In this document: positions 26,448-39,919 of the stretch, piece by piece
Layout: each line of letters begins with the position of its first letter
Numbering within the stretch: the first letter of the stretch is position 1
From: Moniliella sp. 'wahieum'
Taxonomy: Eukaryota
Reading direction: 5' to 3'
Length of the DNA: 64,000 nt
Assembly (NCBI GenBank): GCA_003971905.1
Contig: RSEE01000044.1
Span: forward strand, 248,001-312,000
The notes under the pieces: model-generated
What the model was told of the DNA's origin: nothing
Database searches by the model: none
The model's input: only the letters and a program-made list of their open reading frames with translations
Made by a program: the position numbers and the translations under genes

Positions 26448-28842
26448 AGAGTGCTGGAAGCACGCCTGAGCAGCAGTCGTGATGCTTATTCTTATTAGGA
26501 TTGATTATTGGGAAGCCAATGGGCGCGAACCTTGCTTCACCTTCACCTATGCCGGCCTAACCTTTGCCAATGTTATGGTGAGGCGCCAGTGGCCTGATAG
26601 AGAGTATGTGTGAGCTGGATGATCGATAGGCCGGAAGCTGGAACCATAGCTGAGCGCTGAGCGAGCGCGCCGTGCGCGATCGCATGATATGCAGGCATAC
26701 ATTGACAGAGCGATGCGATCGATGCCCCCATGCTCCACCAACTATATAGTTACCCTGGTGAGTACGTGGAGTACGACTGAATATACGGATCGGCGCAAGA
26801 GGAGATCATGACGCTTGGAGTCGGAATGGGTCCGACGTTCAGACCGCGTGGGGAGAGACAAATGTGGCGCGGGGCTCACGGTGAGCGCTGAGCCACCCTG
26901 GGAAAGTAAACGCGCTTAGATCTACAGAGGCTCTGCGACAATCACTTGCAGCGTGCATAACCACCTGCGGACATACTGAGACATCCGCAGCCGCTTCAAC
27001 TCGCTTGTGCCGCAGTAGCAGGCAGTAGCCCAGTATGCAAGTCACTTCGTGACGAAGTGACCGGTGACCGGGGTGACCAGGCCAGTGTTAGTTACTGGCA
27101 GCGACCCCAGCGGTCATGCGCCCCAATCCAAAACCGCGTTCAAATATGCGCAAAACCTCAAACCTCGACCAGTCACTACTCAGTAGAACCAATTCAATGT
27201 GCAAGCGGCGCGTGGCGCGTGGAGCATGAAGCGTGGAGGCGCCCTGGTACCACGTAGCCCACAGCTCTTCGTCAGCGAGGGCTTAGATGTATAGTGCATT
27301 ACACGCTTTTCATGTGTGGTGTGGCAGTGCAGGAAGCATGGGGCTAAGCCTGTGGCTAAGCACTAACGTGTAAATAGCCTGCAGCATGGTGGCAAGGAAC
27401 ACAGCTCTACCATGTCGGGGCGTTGGGGCAGTGCTGGCGGTGCACTGTGGTGCGCGCCGGGATGTCTGGGGCTGGGTTAAGTTACAGCGCAACTGCTTCA
27501 ACCCACTTGATCAACATCATCTTCAAACGCTTCATCGATCCATTTGATCTTTTCCGTATCAAATGATCCAACAGGTCAAATAGTTGCGGAATGGTCGCGT
27601 GCACATGGTCGATGATCATAGAGCACTATACTGCTCAAGGGCTCACTATGGCCACGTAGTCATTAGTCCCTCGCAGTCAGCAAGTCTGTCCCCGGCCTTC
27701 TGTTTATGCAGTTCCCTCGCAGGAGAGACCGGACTAGGGACGGTTGGTGGAAGAGGTCACCGCCGTCAGCGTCAGCGTCGCCGGCGCGTCAGCAGGATCA
27801 AGCGATCAGGCCCTCAGGCCTCAGGCCGGTCAGGCGGTCAGGGGGCGTCGGTGGCCGTGGCTCCTTTTTTGGAATGGATCATCGACCTTCGATCAGATGG
27901 ATCATCCATATCCGGCCGAGAGCTGGTGCTATTCCCGGCCGCTGCAAGCTGACCTCAGCGGGCGCGCGGGGCAGGTGGCGAGTGTTCCAGGGCTATCACC
28001 CTCGCCTTCCGATTCCGGCCAAGGCAGGCCAAGGTTCTCTCCATATCCCCGGGCGGCCGCAGGAGGCCACTTTGTGCGCCTCGCGTTGCCGGATCTTACA
28101 TCTCACATCTCAGATCTCCCATCTCCCATCTCGTCCACGCGCCCTCGTCCCCTGCGTGACTGGCTCCGTACTCAACTCGGCACTGGCGCCCACCCAGGCC
28201 CGGCCAGCCCAGCGCATATCCCCGCTCGGCCTGTAACATGTAAGCGGGACTGGGCACCCCTCAGGCCTCAGGTAGGGTTAGCGACGCGGCGCCAGTGCGG
28301 GCAGGTGCCATGCACGGGCCTGTTGCCTGCGCCCTCCCATGCCACATGTCACAGCAGGCACTGGCTCGGGACGGGGAGGCGGACAGGAACACCGTGGGGG
28401 TTGGGGGGAGGTGCTGGGCAGTGTGCGCCGGGATGGAATGGGCGAGTGCATCAACGAGGAGATGAGTGGGATGGGCGGGATGGCCGATGGGATTGGATGG
28501 GAGGGGACGGGAGGAGAGGCGAGGCGAGGACAAGAGGAGGGTGACCGGTGAGGGCAAGAGAGGAGAGAGATCCAACACGACGGGCGGCGCACGATGGGGC
28601 ACAGCGCCGTGTGCCGGCAGCAGGCATGGCGCCAGCGCGGCGGACGGCAGCCGATCGGACTTGTGGTCCGTGCAGCCCTGGGCGTCGGGTACGTACACTG
28701 CCCCCGCCCCCTCGGCGTTGCAGGGGCCGCCCGGGCTTCGGTTTAAATGATCCTTCTCCGCCCGCTCATGCAGGGTCTCTGTCCTTCCCTCCACCACCAC
28801 AGCGTTCGTCCTGTTCGCTCCCGCTGCCCCTGCTTCCCCATC

Positions 28843-30473
28843 ATGTCTACCGAGGCTGTGTACGTTGCCCCTGTTGCTCCAGGCCGCCTCCCCCATCCTG
28901 ACCTCGTCTCTGCCCTCGCCTCTGCCTTCGCTTCTGCCCTCGTCTCCTGTCCTCGCTCAGCTGCGACATTGGCCTGATTGGCCTGGCCGTCATGGGCCAG
29001 AACCTGATTCTCAACATGAACGGTACGCCGCTCCCTGCTCCTAATTGTCCGAGGGTCGGTTCCTGACTTCTTCCCAGACCACGGCTTCAAGGTCGCCGCC
29101 TTTAACCGTACCGTCTCCAAGGTTGACCACTTCATGGCCAACGAGGCCAAGGGCACCAACATTGTCGGTGCCCGCTCCATTGAGGAGTTTGTCAAGCTGC
29201 TCAAGCGCCCGCGCAAGGTCATCTCCTTGTCAAGGCTGGCCCTGCCGTCGACTCGTTCATCCAGATGCTCGAGCCTCACCTCGAGAAGGGTGACATCATC
29301 ATTGACGGCGGCAACACCTACTTCCCCGACTCGATTCGTCGCGCCAAGGAGATTGAGGACAAGGGCTTCCTCTACGTTGGCACGGGTGTGTCCGGCGGTG
29401 AGGAGGGTGCCCGCCACGGCCCCTCGCTCATGCCTGGTGGCTCGGCTGCCGCTTGGCCCGAGATCAAGGACATTTTCCAGTCCATCGCGGCCAAGTCGGA
29501 CGGCGAGCCGTGCTGCGACTGGATTGGCCCCTCGGGCTCGGGCCACTACGTCAAGATGGTCCACAATGGTATCGAGTACGGTGACATGCAACTGATTTCT
29601 GAGTCGTATGACATTATGAAGCGCACGCTGGGCATGTCGGACGATGAGATCAGCGCTACGTTTGACGAGTGGAACAAGGGCCCCTGGAGTCGTTCCTGAT
29701 TGAGATCTCGCGTGACGTGTCGAAGTACAAGGACACGGATGGCAAGCCTCTTCTCGAGAAGATCATGGACAAGGCCGGCCAGAAGGGCACGGGCAAGTGG
29801 ACTGCTGTCAACGCTCTCGACATGGGCCTTCCCGTCACGCTCATTGGCGAGGCTGTTTTCTCTCGCTGCCTCTCGTCGCTTAAGGACGAGCGTGTGCGTG
29901 CCAGCAAGATTCTGAAGCCTACGGCCACCCGTCCTTACTCGGGTGACAAGAAGCAGCTTCTCAAGGACTTGGAGCAGGCTCTGTACGTTTCCAAGATCAT
30001 CTCGTACGCTCAGGGCTTCATGATGTTCCGCGAGGCGGCCAAGGAGTACAACTGGACGTTCAACAACCCTTCCATTGCCCTTATGTGGCGCGGCGGCTGC
30101 ATCATCCGCTCGGTGTTCCTCAAGGACATTACCAAGGCTTACCGCAAGAACCCAACATTGGAGAACCTGCTCTTTGACGAGTTCTTTGTGGATGCCATTG
30201 CCAAGGCCGAGGCTGGCTGGCGCAACGTGGTGGCCACCAGCGCCCTGACCGGTATCCCTACCCCGGCGCACTCGACCGCACTGGCGTACTACGATGCTAC
30301 CGCACCGAGCGCCTGCCTGCCAACCTAATCCAGGCCCAGCGCGACTACTTTGGTGCTCACACTTCCGCGTCCTGCCCGGTGAGGAGAACGAGAACCTGCC
30401 CCTCGGCCAGGACATCCACATCAACTGGACTGGCCGTGGTGGCAACGTCTCGGCTTCGACCTACATTGCTTAA
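28843..30473 (+). CDS. GND1: 6-phosphogluconate dehydrogenase, decarboxylating
   Basis: [86 protein letters not shown]; introns 28860-28960 and 29023-29077. Confidence 0.97.
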
Positions 30474-31117
30474 GAGGTCGCGTAGTCAGCGGGTCGCTTC
30501 CTTCTTGCCTAAGGTGCGTGGAACATGAGATGACTTGGTTGCCATTGTACGCTCTCGGCAGCCCCTATTCTCTCATTGGGCTGTCCTGCGTAGTTCCTGC
30601 GTAGTTCCTGTAGCATGCAATAGTCACTAGGGGAACAACGATTATGTGATGGTGGTCGATGATCCATGATGCATGAAGGTTGAACGTGTTTGAGCGAGCT
30701 GCGAGAGGCTCCAAGTTGAAGTGTAGAGATGTAACTTCCAGGGCACATTAGCGTGAGCGCATGGCGGCGGCTAATGTTAATGATGGCCTGCTTCGGCCGG
30801 TCGGACAGGTTATGACTTCCCTCGAAGTGTTGGTCTTGACAGTGATTATAGTTCCTCCAGTGACTAGCTAGTGACTAGCCGTAAGCAGATGCAGCCGACG
30901 AGGGCGAGGGAAGGACAACTCGGCGAAGCAGCCCTACGACATATGCAGCCGGAACGGTGGCCTCAAACTATGTTCAGTCCCCAGCAGCTGCTATAGACAT
31001 GCTGACGATGCCATGGCGCCAACCTTCTACACAATCCTGGGCCCCGAAACCAAACCATACGTAAACGTTAAACATACAGCCGATGCAATTTGAGTTAGGT
31101 AGGGGTGGGGAAGAGGT

Positions 31118-32495
31118 TTAGAGGTATAACCCTTCCGGAGTACCCTCCTTTTTTCGGTCGATCACCCGCTCCCGGGCGGCGGTGAAGTCCTCTTGGTCAC
31201 CCGCATTCGCCGTTCCCGGAGCGCCAAGAGACCTGCCTCGGTGACCAAGGATTGATGTCGGCACCCGACAAATCATCCTTCATCGCCACAAACTCTTCCA
31301 AGTCCACATCGTCGTCCAAATTCATCCGGCTCGTGTGCAGCTTGAAGATGTGCATCTTTGTCTTCTGATCCGGCAGCGGGAACTCAATCTTTCGGTCAAT
31401 CCGTCCGGGCCGAATTAGCGCTGGATCCAACGACTCGATCTTGTTGGTTGCCATGATGACCTTGACATCACTGCGCGTGTCAAAGCCGTCCAGCTGATTA
31501 AGCAGTTCGAGCAACGTTCGCTGGATCTCCCGCTCGCCTCCCGAGTTGGAGTCGTACCGTTTCGTTCCCACCGCATCAATCTCATCGATGAACACAATCG
31601 AAGGTGCATGCTCTTCTGCTACGCGGAACAGCTCACGGACCAGCTTGGGGCCATCACCGAGGTACTTTTGAATCAGCTCCGAGCCCACGATACGCAAAAA
31701 GGTGGCCGACGTTTGGTTCGCCACCGCTTTGGCCAGAAGCGTTTTCCCCGTACCCGGCACGCCATAGAGGATGACCCCTTCGGTGGCTTGATCCCATCTC
31801 CTCGTACAGCTCCGGGTGGGTGAGGGGCAACTCAACCGACTCTTTGATCTCCTGGATCTGCTGTTCCAGACCACCAATGTCGGCATAACTCTCCGTCGGC
31901 GCCTTGTCCAGCTTCATCACGCTCACCATCGGGTCCGTATCGTCGCCTAGAACACCGACAATTGCGTACGTCTTGTGGTGCAGTAACACACTGCACCCAG
32001 GTTCCAACAGGTCCTTGTCGACCAAAGTGGTGATGTTGACATAGTACTCTGGGCCCGACGCGCTGCTAATGATCGCATGGTCGTCATCGATGATCTCCTC
32101 CAACGTGCCAACTTGCATCGGGCTCCCACGCAAATCGTCCACTTGCGAGCGCTCCTGCTGCTCCTTGTCGTCGACAGGCTTGAGCCGTTCGGAATTGGCA
32201 ACAAATTCTTCCTCCAGCAACAGATGGTCCTTGATGCGTTCCATTTTGAGAAGCTTGAGCCGGCATCGCGTGGTGGGCGTAACCGTCGGCAGCTTGTACG
32301 CAGTATCGGGCCCACGACGCTTCTTCTTGCCCACCCGCGTAGGCAATGGCGGTTCCCACTTTTCGGCTGGTCCTTCTTCTTGTCGTCCTTGTTGCCCCGA
32401 CCTGCGTTGCCACTGGGAGCTTGACCCTGCAGAGAGAAGGGAGAGAGGTGAGAGACTGCACAGCCAAGTAGGGAAACGTCAGTACTACGCACCAT
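31118..32495 (-). CDS. RPT2: 26S proteasome AAA-ATPase subunit 4
   Basis: ATG then intron 32427-32492, then GQAPSG (myristoylation-type MG start); [63 protein letters not shown]-terminal HbYX EGLYL-TAA. Confidence 0.97.
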
Positions 32496-33819
32496 GGTGA
32501 CGATGTGGTGGTGGTGGTGGGCGCGGCTGGTGCCCAAGCGTGCCGGCGCGTCTGGGCTTTGGGCTGGGCGGGCGCTGGTTGCTGTCAGGCCGGAGACAGC
32601 CGTTGCGTACGCGGCCCAACCATTCCGCCCGTCGTTCCGCTGGCCCAGGTCCCAGATCCCAGAGCGCTGCCAATTGAAATTGCAGACGCAGGAAGGTTGG
32701 TACTTGGTACCCCAATATAATCGCACGCCACAGCGGACACACTTAATATATCTTTTGGATTTTTGGAGGTGGGCCCAGTGGCCCGAACTCTCACCTGCTG
32801 GTATCCTACGCCCGCTGCCTTGGCCCTCACCATTGTTGGTCTCCTTTCCGGAGGATACCCAGAGGCCAAAGGGCTGCATGGAATCCAACTGGTCGGAAAA
32901 AGATGTACGCAATGTGCTGGATGGGCATATGATCATAGGCATATGCCCCGAAGTTTCTGAATTCATCCTGGGGGAAGCACATAGTGGAGTGGGGCTATAC
33001 TTATTGTGCCACATTGCTTCGATGGCTATGTTCTTGTGCCTGGAAGAGTGACCGTCGTTTGCGTATAAGGGGAGGTTGAAGGGCTGCTGGGCGGGACAAA
33101 CTCCACCTATAGTAGATGCCTTCTACCCTTAGGCAATCCACAACCTTCTGCAAAAAGGACGTTACTCAGCCATCAAGCAAAATGATGTGCGTTGCCCAAA
33201 CCGCCTGCTTCATTGGCCGAGGATGTCATGCACAGGGCGGAACAAAGGGGTTTGATCGCTCTCACTATACCCATCGAGGAGAGTCTCGGATGGAACTTCG
33301 ACGGAGGGGGGGATCAAAAAAGCCTTCAGTGGGCTGGGCGCTGATGGACGGCAGAATACCGTGACCCCCCCGCCCATCCTAGGTCCAAGGTGTGGCCTTT
33401 GTCCCTCGTGTGCAGATGATAATCATTTGTACGCAGAGATATAACCATCAGGCTTCACAACTCTTCTTCATTGCTCTCTGAGATGACATCTTTCTGTTAT
33501 TAGATGCCCTCTGTCCTGCAGCATCCCACTAAGGTTAAAGCATCTCACCATCCACAGATAACATAGTTTCCGTACACAAGCGTTGGGATCTCACCTATCC
33601 TAACCGTCTGACCTTATATGCGACACTGTGGGAGACCAATCCACCGAAGGGCGTGTGTATTCGTATAGGGAGGAGAAATACGCAGTAGGGTTGCTCCACC
33701 CTAATGCTAGGGTTGCCGTTTTGATTGTTAGAAAAAATTTGCCGCGAGCCCGTCGGTTTAGCGCGTTCAGCATGCTGGGTTGCACCACTACCATCGTTCC
33801 TCTGGCCTCATCTCGCGCC

Positions 33820-34920
33820 ATGGCGGAGCAGAAACCAGTGATTCGGGTCGTCCACCCCAAGCCGGATGTGGCCAAGGGGGTGGAGTACTGGGAAGGGGTA
33901 CCTGCCACCGTCAACGGTGTCCTGGGTGGGTTTGGGACGGACCGTTACCCGCGTGGATGCGTTGGGCTCGCGCCTCTTTTTGCTCAAGCACCTCAAGCGG
34001 CTCAGCAACATCCCTCCTGCCAGTGCTAACAGTTCCGACTGGCTCTCCCAGCGTTTCGAAGCGTGGAGGAAAGGATGCTACGTTCGGGAAGGGTGTCACC
34101 TGCGGATTGGACTGTGGTGCTGGGGTGGGTCGGGTGACGGAAACGGTGTTGCTACCGTTGCTGGATGAGGTGCATCTGGTGGAGCCGGTGGGCAAGTTTT
34201 TGCGCCAAGCCAGCACCCAGTCCAACTCCTGGCAGCCTCTTCAGCAGTCCCAGCAACCAGTCCATTCCATGCACGGAAATCAGTTCATTTTCATGAGGCC
34301 ACCTTGCAGTCCTTTGATCCTGCTCACCCCTATGCCCTCCTCTTCCAACGTGGGGCAAGCGCACGTCGCCCGTCGAAGATACACATGTTGTGCCTCCCAC
34401 CATCCTTCCCATTCTTTCCGCGGAAACAGAAGGAAGCAAGCCCGTCACAGCCTCTGCTACCACGGCGGGCCAGAGCCAGGGGAAGTGGGCCAAGCACATC
34501 CAGTGGGCCTATTGTCCAACACGGTAGCGTACGACGTGGTTTGGATCCAATGGTGTTTGCAACATCTTTCCGATGCTGAGATGGTGGCCTTCTTACGACG
34601 ATGCAAGGCGGCTCTCAAGCCGGACAAACAGGGGTTGGTCCCGACGCAGAGGCGAGCACGGGGGTGCCCCCCTCCGCTATGGAGTCGGCCGCAAGGAACG
34701 ACTTGGTCGGAGGGCGCATCTTTGTCAAGGAGAACGTATGCTCTGAAGCTGAGGATGGCTCGGAGCGCACCATCTGGGATCCGAGGATTACTCCATCACG
34801 CGCTCCACCCAGGTGTTTGAGCGGGTTTTCCAGGAGGCGGGCCTTGAGCTGATCGAGGTTCAAGTGCAGCAAGGGTTCCCGACTGAGCTCTTTCCGGTCA
34901 AAATGTGGGCATTGAGGTAG
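33820..34920 (+). CDS. NTM1: alpha-N-terminal protein methyltransferase
   Basis: YWEGVPATVNGVLGGFG, LDCGAGVGRVT, YDVVWIQWCLQHLSD, FVKEN, SITRS, GFPTELFPVKMWALR-TAG; several frameshifts. Confidence 0.92.
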
Positions 34921-35226
34921 ATCAGTGCCTTTGCTCCTGTGTTCCACGGATTCATGGTGGGTACTATGGTTCAATGGTCAGGATGAAACTCATATCAAAT
35001 CGAGAGCATGGCTGGGCACACAGTAAAGCTCTGAAGGGGGTCAAGGCCCAAGAAAACCGAAGAGAGGTGTGGATGGGAGAGAGGGTAACAATGAGATGCA
35101 GAATCGAGGAAGAAACTAGGATCGGGAAGGTAAGCCAGCCATGGCCTCCCACTCCGCTCGACCCGATCCGGACAGGGATATCACGCCGGGCGGGCGGGTG
35201 TTGGAGCCAACGGAGGAGTGGAAACA

Positions 35227-38200
35227 TTAAGCCAGGTAGGCAACAAGACCCGCTGCCTGGACTTTGTCCGGGACGACCGCATTGACGTGGCGAAGGAAGA
35301 CAACCAATTGCTCGCGAAGTTCATTCCCAAGAACGTCGTCCTCCGTGCCGGCCGGGGTGGCCAGGACGTGAGCATAGACACGCAGAATGTCGTCCATGTG
35401 CTGCTGAGCAATAGCGCTGCTGGATTGGACCAGCGTAATGGTCAGCTGAATGACGGGAGCCCACTCAGCCTTGTCAAACAAGAGAGGCAGGCCAGCAAAA
35501 ATCAGGGGGAAGGTGGTGGCCAGCGGGAGCGTCTCCGGGTTCTTCTTTACCATGCGGGCCAGGCACCCAATTGCGTTGTCCTTCAGCGCTTGCACATCCG
35601 TCGGCTGGGACTTATCGGCAGGCAGGCTCAACGCCGGCTGCAGCGCGTCAGGAGGGGGCGTAGTGCTGCGTTAAGTCATCCTGGCTGTTCTCAATCAGCA
35701 CACCCGCGGCGTAGGTGGCGTTGGTGCGAACCCCCAGGTCCTCGTCCGTCACAGCGTGGGAAAGCGTGGTGAGCATGGGGGTGGTAAACGGTGTGATATG
35801 CTCCTTCATGCCAACTGCCAGACTGCCTAGGGCGCCGTGGCCGCTGCCCGCTCCGCAAGTACTTGCCCGGAGCGTAGTACGTGATCTGAGGCAGGAACGT
35901 CTGCAGAGGCTGCTGGAAGTCGGCGCCCAAGGTGTCGGCCATCGCACCCACAAGGTCCATCGCAGTGAGATAAGTAGGTTCTCGTACTCGGAGCTGTCTT
36001 CCTCCGGGTCCTCCTCCTCCCCATCGGGAGACTGCGCACCCGACTTCTTTTCCAGGATGCTCATGGCAATGTCGGCAACCTCACTGGTTTGCTTGGCAAT
36101 GACAGCAGGCCGACTTCCTTCAGCGTTTCCGCAAGGGACTCACAAAGCTGAGTCGCCACGGCCCTGCAAAGAAAGTAGTGTCAGTAACAAAAGTTCAATG
36201 GTCAAAGGCAAACAGTCAGGTTTTCCACGTAGGTTCTCCACACGGCGGTGGTCCTATTCCACCACTAGGTGTGAGCTGAGATAGGTTTGTCATCCCAGAA
36301 GGGAGTGACAAAGGAGTAAGAGGCACTCACCGATCATCTTCATCGCTCCACATGATCAGAATGTTGGACATGACCATGTCAATCAATTGCTGGACGTCAG
36401 AGGAGATGGGCACGGGCACATTGATGCCCGGGGCCCAGTCCGCCGGTTGCTGAATGGCATTGAGGGTCGTGATGCAAGTAAAGAGCGATGCGAGGGCCGT
36501 CTTGCGAATGTCCGAGCTGTAGTGCTGCAGCAGGGTAACGAGCTCCTGAACCGCATCCTGCAAGTACGGAAGGAACCTGACTTGGTGTACTGGAAAATCT
36601 CACCAATCGAATCAGCGGCCACATCCTTCTCCATTGCAATAGCCGACGAGACCGAACCAAAGATCTCGTTCAGGTCATCCAGGTCGACAAACGCATCGTC
36701 ATCATCCTCGTCTTGGGTGCCGGCCAAAAGAGCTTGGGCCGTGGCACCCTCAAGACCAGAGATGGTACCGTCACCAGAGGCACCAGGCACCGGCTCATGC
36801 TCACGTTGGCGCAAGCTCTCCAGAAGCTTGGGAGCAATCTGGGGCAAAAACTGGCTGAATTCCTCGCCAAAGATCTTGGCCATCGCACTGAAAAAGATAA
36901 AGGAGCACTCACGAAGGCTAGGCTGGTTCAGCTCAAACGCATCGTACGCAATAGCCATCGTGTCGGTAAAGTAAGGACGGAAAGCATCCGCGCCGACAGC
37001 GTCAGCAAAGGTACCAATCGAGTCTTGGGTAATGGCACGGAATTCCATCTGTTCCGTGTTGGTCGTGTCCTTGAATTGCAAGAACGGCGTGAATTTGGCC
37101 ATGATGCCGGGGAAATAAGGTAGGAAATCGCGTTTGGAGGCATGGGCTGCGAGCCAATCGCGCCAATGAGCGTCTTCTTGATTTCCAAGGCACCGTGTCA
37201 AGGTAGCCAGCCAGCGTTCCATAACGGGCTGGAGGTACTGTTTGATCTCCTCGCCCAGGCTCTCGAGGAAACGATCCAACGACCGAGTCGCATCCCGCTG
37301 CGTCTCGGGGTTGGCAATCATTTGCATCAGCGCAGGCATAATGACCGCGTGGTGCTTCACAATCTCGTCGCCCAGTTGGTCGCAGAGATAAGCGATCGCC
37401 ATCGCCGCACCGCGGCGGACACGTGCGTCCGCGTCATTCAGCCCGGCGTTGACAAACTGCCACACCAAATCCATCTGAGGACGAAGCGTCTCCGAGAGAC
37501 CCTCGCACGTCACACCAAGGGCAAACATGGCGGCAGCACGGGGCAGAGTCAGGGCTTGGACAAATACTTGCAACTGCTCAAGGAGCGGAGGCCAGACGTT
37601 GGAAGGGGGTAGCTCGGTGGCCATCGTGTCGAGGATGCGCAGAGCAAGGACAGAGGGGTTGGTCTCATCGTCGTCAAAGTCGCCCATAGGGAGGATGGCC
37701 ATAATTTGAGGAATCATGGCCTTGGCAAGATGCAGCTGCTGGATCTTCTGCCGCTTGGACGAGATGGCCCAGCTGACTGAGTTGAGAACTGCCTCGCGCA
37801 GCTCTTCGTACTCCTCACGCGCTCCAGCGGTGAGATAGAAGGTCAGCAGGTCACCGAGGAAAGCGTTCATGATGGGGAGATCGGATAGCAGGAAGGTGTC
37901 AAACACATCGGTGATGGCGTTGACACCTTCGGCATTGCCAGCCTCAAGGGCTTGTTGAAGCACTTGAACCATCTGAGGAATGGCAGACTGAATCGAGGCC
38001 ATGTCGGCCTCGTCATCACTGTCCATCAGCTCACCCACCTTTCCGAGGGCACGAACAGTAGTGACCCGAACCTCGAGAGACTCGGGATCGTTGAGCGTCT
38101 TGCTGAACAGTTGCATCATTTGGGGCAGCTGGCTCAGGAACGCCTCGTCATCGCTGAATGACTCGAGCAGAATGACAAATACAAAGAGAGCTGCTTGGCG

Positions 38201-38707
38201 CTGAGTGGCATTGCCTTGTTCACCGGCGGCAAAGAGAAGGGAAGCAATTCGGGCCAGGTGTTCTGGGCAGTTCGCGGCGGGCAATTTAAAAACGACGCGG
38301 GCAGAGGCATTACGCACAACGCTGTTAGGCTCGTCCTTGACAATACCCAGGATCTGGGACTGATAGCCAAGCGAACTTGGTCGCTCTGGCCCTTCCATGC
38401 CTTTCCACTCTTCGAGATACGCTTGCGCAGCTCCACCGCAGCCAGCTGGCGCCCCCGTCTCGGTCGAAGTCACAAGGATCTGGAAGAGGGCAGGCACGAG
38501 GGCCGGGTTTTTGTACTGGGCTTGGAGGCCCTCGGTCGCCTGTGGAACAGGTCAGCGGCTGAGAGGGGATGCACTGGCGAATAGGGGCGAGCAGTGAGAG
38601 AAAGCAGAGAATTGGTCACGTACCGCCTTGACAGTGTTGGTGTCTGGCAAGAGAGTGCTCTCAAGCAACTGGTTGATGCTCGCGACGAATTGCGGGTCCG
38701 CAGCCAT
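35227..38707 (-). CDS. KAP123: importin beta family karyopherin (importin-4/Kap123 type)
   Basis: HEAT-repeat protein of roughly 1050 aa starting MAADPQFVASINQLL..PDTNTVKA; motifs LEVRVTTVRALG, LRECSFIFFS, SAIAMEKDVAADSIGE, VRTNATYAAG, DNAIGCLARM; introns 38540-38623 and 36164-36330. Confidence 0.88.
36213..36298 (-). ncRNA. intronic box C/D snoRNA, snR71/SNORD29-like (predicted guide for the 25S Am2946 equivalent)
   Basis: Inside the 167-nt KAP123 intron: C-like box GGGATGA (36296-36290), antisense element CTCAGCTCAC pairing 10 bp (one G:U) with conserved LSU rRNA GUGAGCUGGG, D'-like CCTA (36269-36266) placing D+5 on the A of GUGAGC, and D box CTGA (36219-36216). Confidence 0.75.
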
Positions 38708-39409
38708 GGTGAGCAGAATGCGAAAAGGGAGACAAAAGGGGGGGATGGGGGGTATCGGGAGGTGAGGTGGGGGGGAGTGGGTGAGCCGGGCGGGTGTGGG
38801 GCGGCGCGGCTGCCGTGTCGGTGTGGTAGGAGAAGAAAAGGCAGTGTTGGACTCGGCGCGCCTTTTTGACTGGGCTCGAAAAAAAATGTTGGTTCTGCAT
38901 TCAGGCGCGGCGCCAGTGTCGGCTGTCCCGCTGCACCACGCGCAGTCAGGCAGCTCTCCGTGCCCCAGCCTCCCACTGCTCCTCTGCCCGCGCAGCACCC
39001 CGCCGCACTCGCCCCAACACACACAGCCCCCCCGCCTCGGCCCAGCTGCACCGCCCCACAGCCCCCCCGTGCACGGCCGCCTTCTGTGCCTCTGTCGGCT
39101 AGGGTTGGCTGCCGCGCTTCCTCTTTCACATTTCATCCTGCCTTACATCGCTATCACCATCGCGCGTCACGTGTCGCTGCGTCTACTTCACATGAATCAC
39201 ACATCAGCATGTCACGCCGGCCTACACTCCTGCCCCACCCCCACACCCCTACGCAAGCCATCTAACGGCTGTTCCCCTTCATCGTCCACCGTTTCATCTA
39301 CCCACCACACACCCAATGGGGCCAACGATCTCAGAAAACATGCGTATTGTACAAACAGGGTCGGCAGCAGCGCATCCTCAAGTGCCTCGGGTCGGCGTCC
39401 GCATCAATT

Positions 39410-39919
39410 TTAATGCTCTTCGCTACGCTTCATAGCCGTATCCGCATCAACCGCCGTTCCCTTTGCCTTGGCCGCAGCTCCCGCCAAGGTGAACCCAGCA
39501 CTGCTTCTTTGCGAGTTATCAGTGCCCATCCCAGCAGCCCGATTGGCCTCCTCGAGAGTGTAGGCTTCTTCCGTCTCGAGCTTCTTGGCTTGCGCTTGTG
39601 CAGCTTGGACTTGTTGTGGGCAGCGCGGTGCGCCTCCGAAGGAAAGTGGCGGTCGCAGTGCACGCAGTAGAACAATCCGAGACCCTTTTGGTCCATATCA
39701 ATCTCCTGTGGGTTGATCGCCTTGTTCAGCTTGGACGGGTCACGCAATGTGCTCTGAATCTGGTCCCCATCCAAGTGGCGACGACGCGTTCGGGCAGCGC
39801 GCGAGACGGCTGGGAGGGAAACAGGAGGTCAGCTGCATGGTCCCACAGAAAGGATATTTGTAGGGAAACGTACAGCGGTCGCCATTGCTCATGCGTTTCT
39901 TCTTTTGTGGGCCGGCCAT
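39410..39919 (-). CDS. BUD20: C2H2 zinc-finger pre-60S factor (Bud20/ZNF593)
   Basis: MAGPQKKKRMSNGDR, intron 39810-39873, then SVSRAARTRRRHLDGDQI..GLGLFYCVHCDRHF..HNKSKLHKRK..EAYTLEEANRAAG. Confidence 0.92.

Noticed and set aside
32500..33700. CVRC-containing upstream extension of ORF 31947-33014 as a zinc-ribbon gene
   Set aside because: It runs through the RPT2 5' leader and intron; a single CxxC is insufficient evidence.
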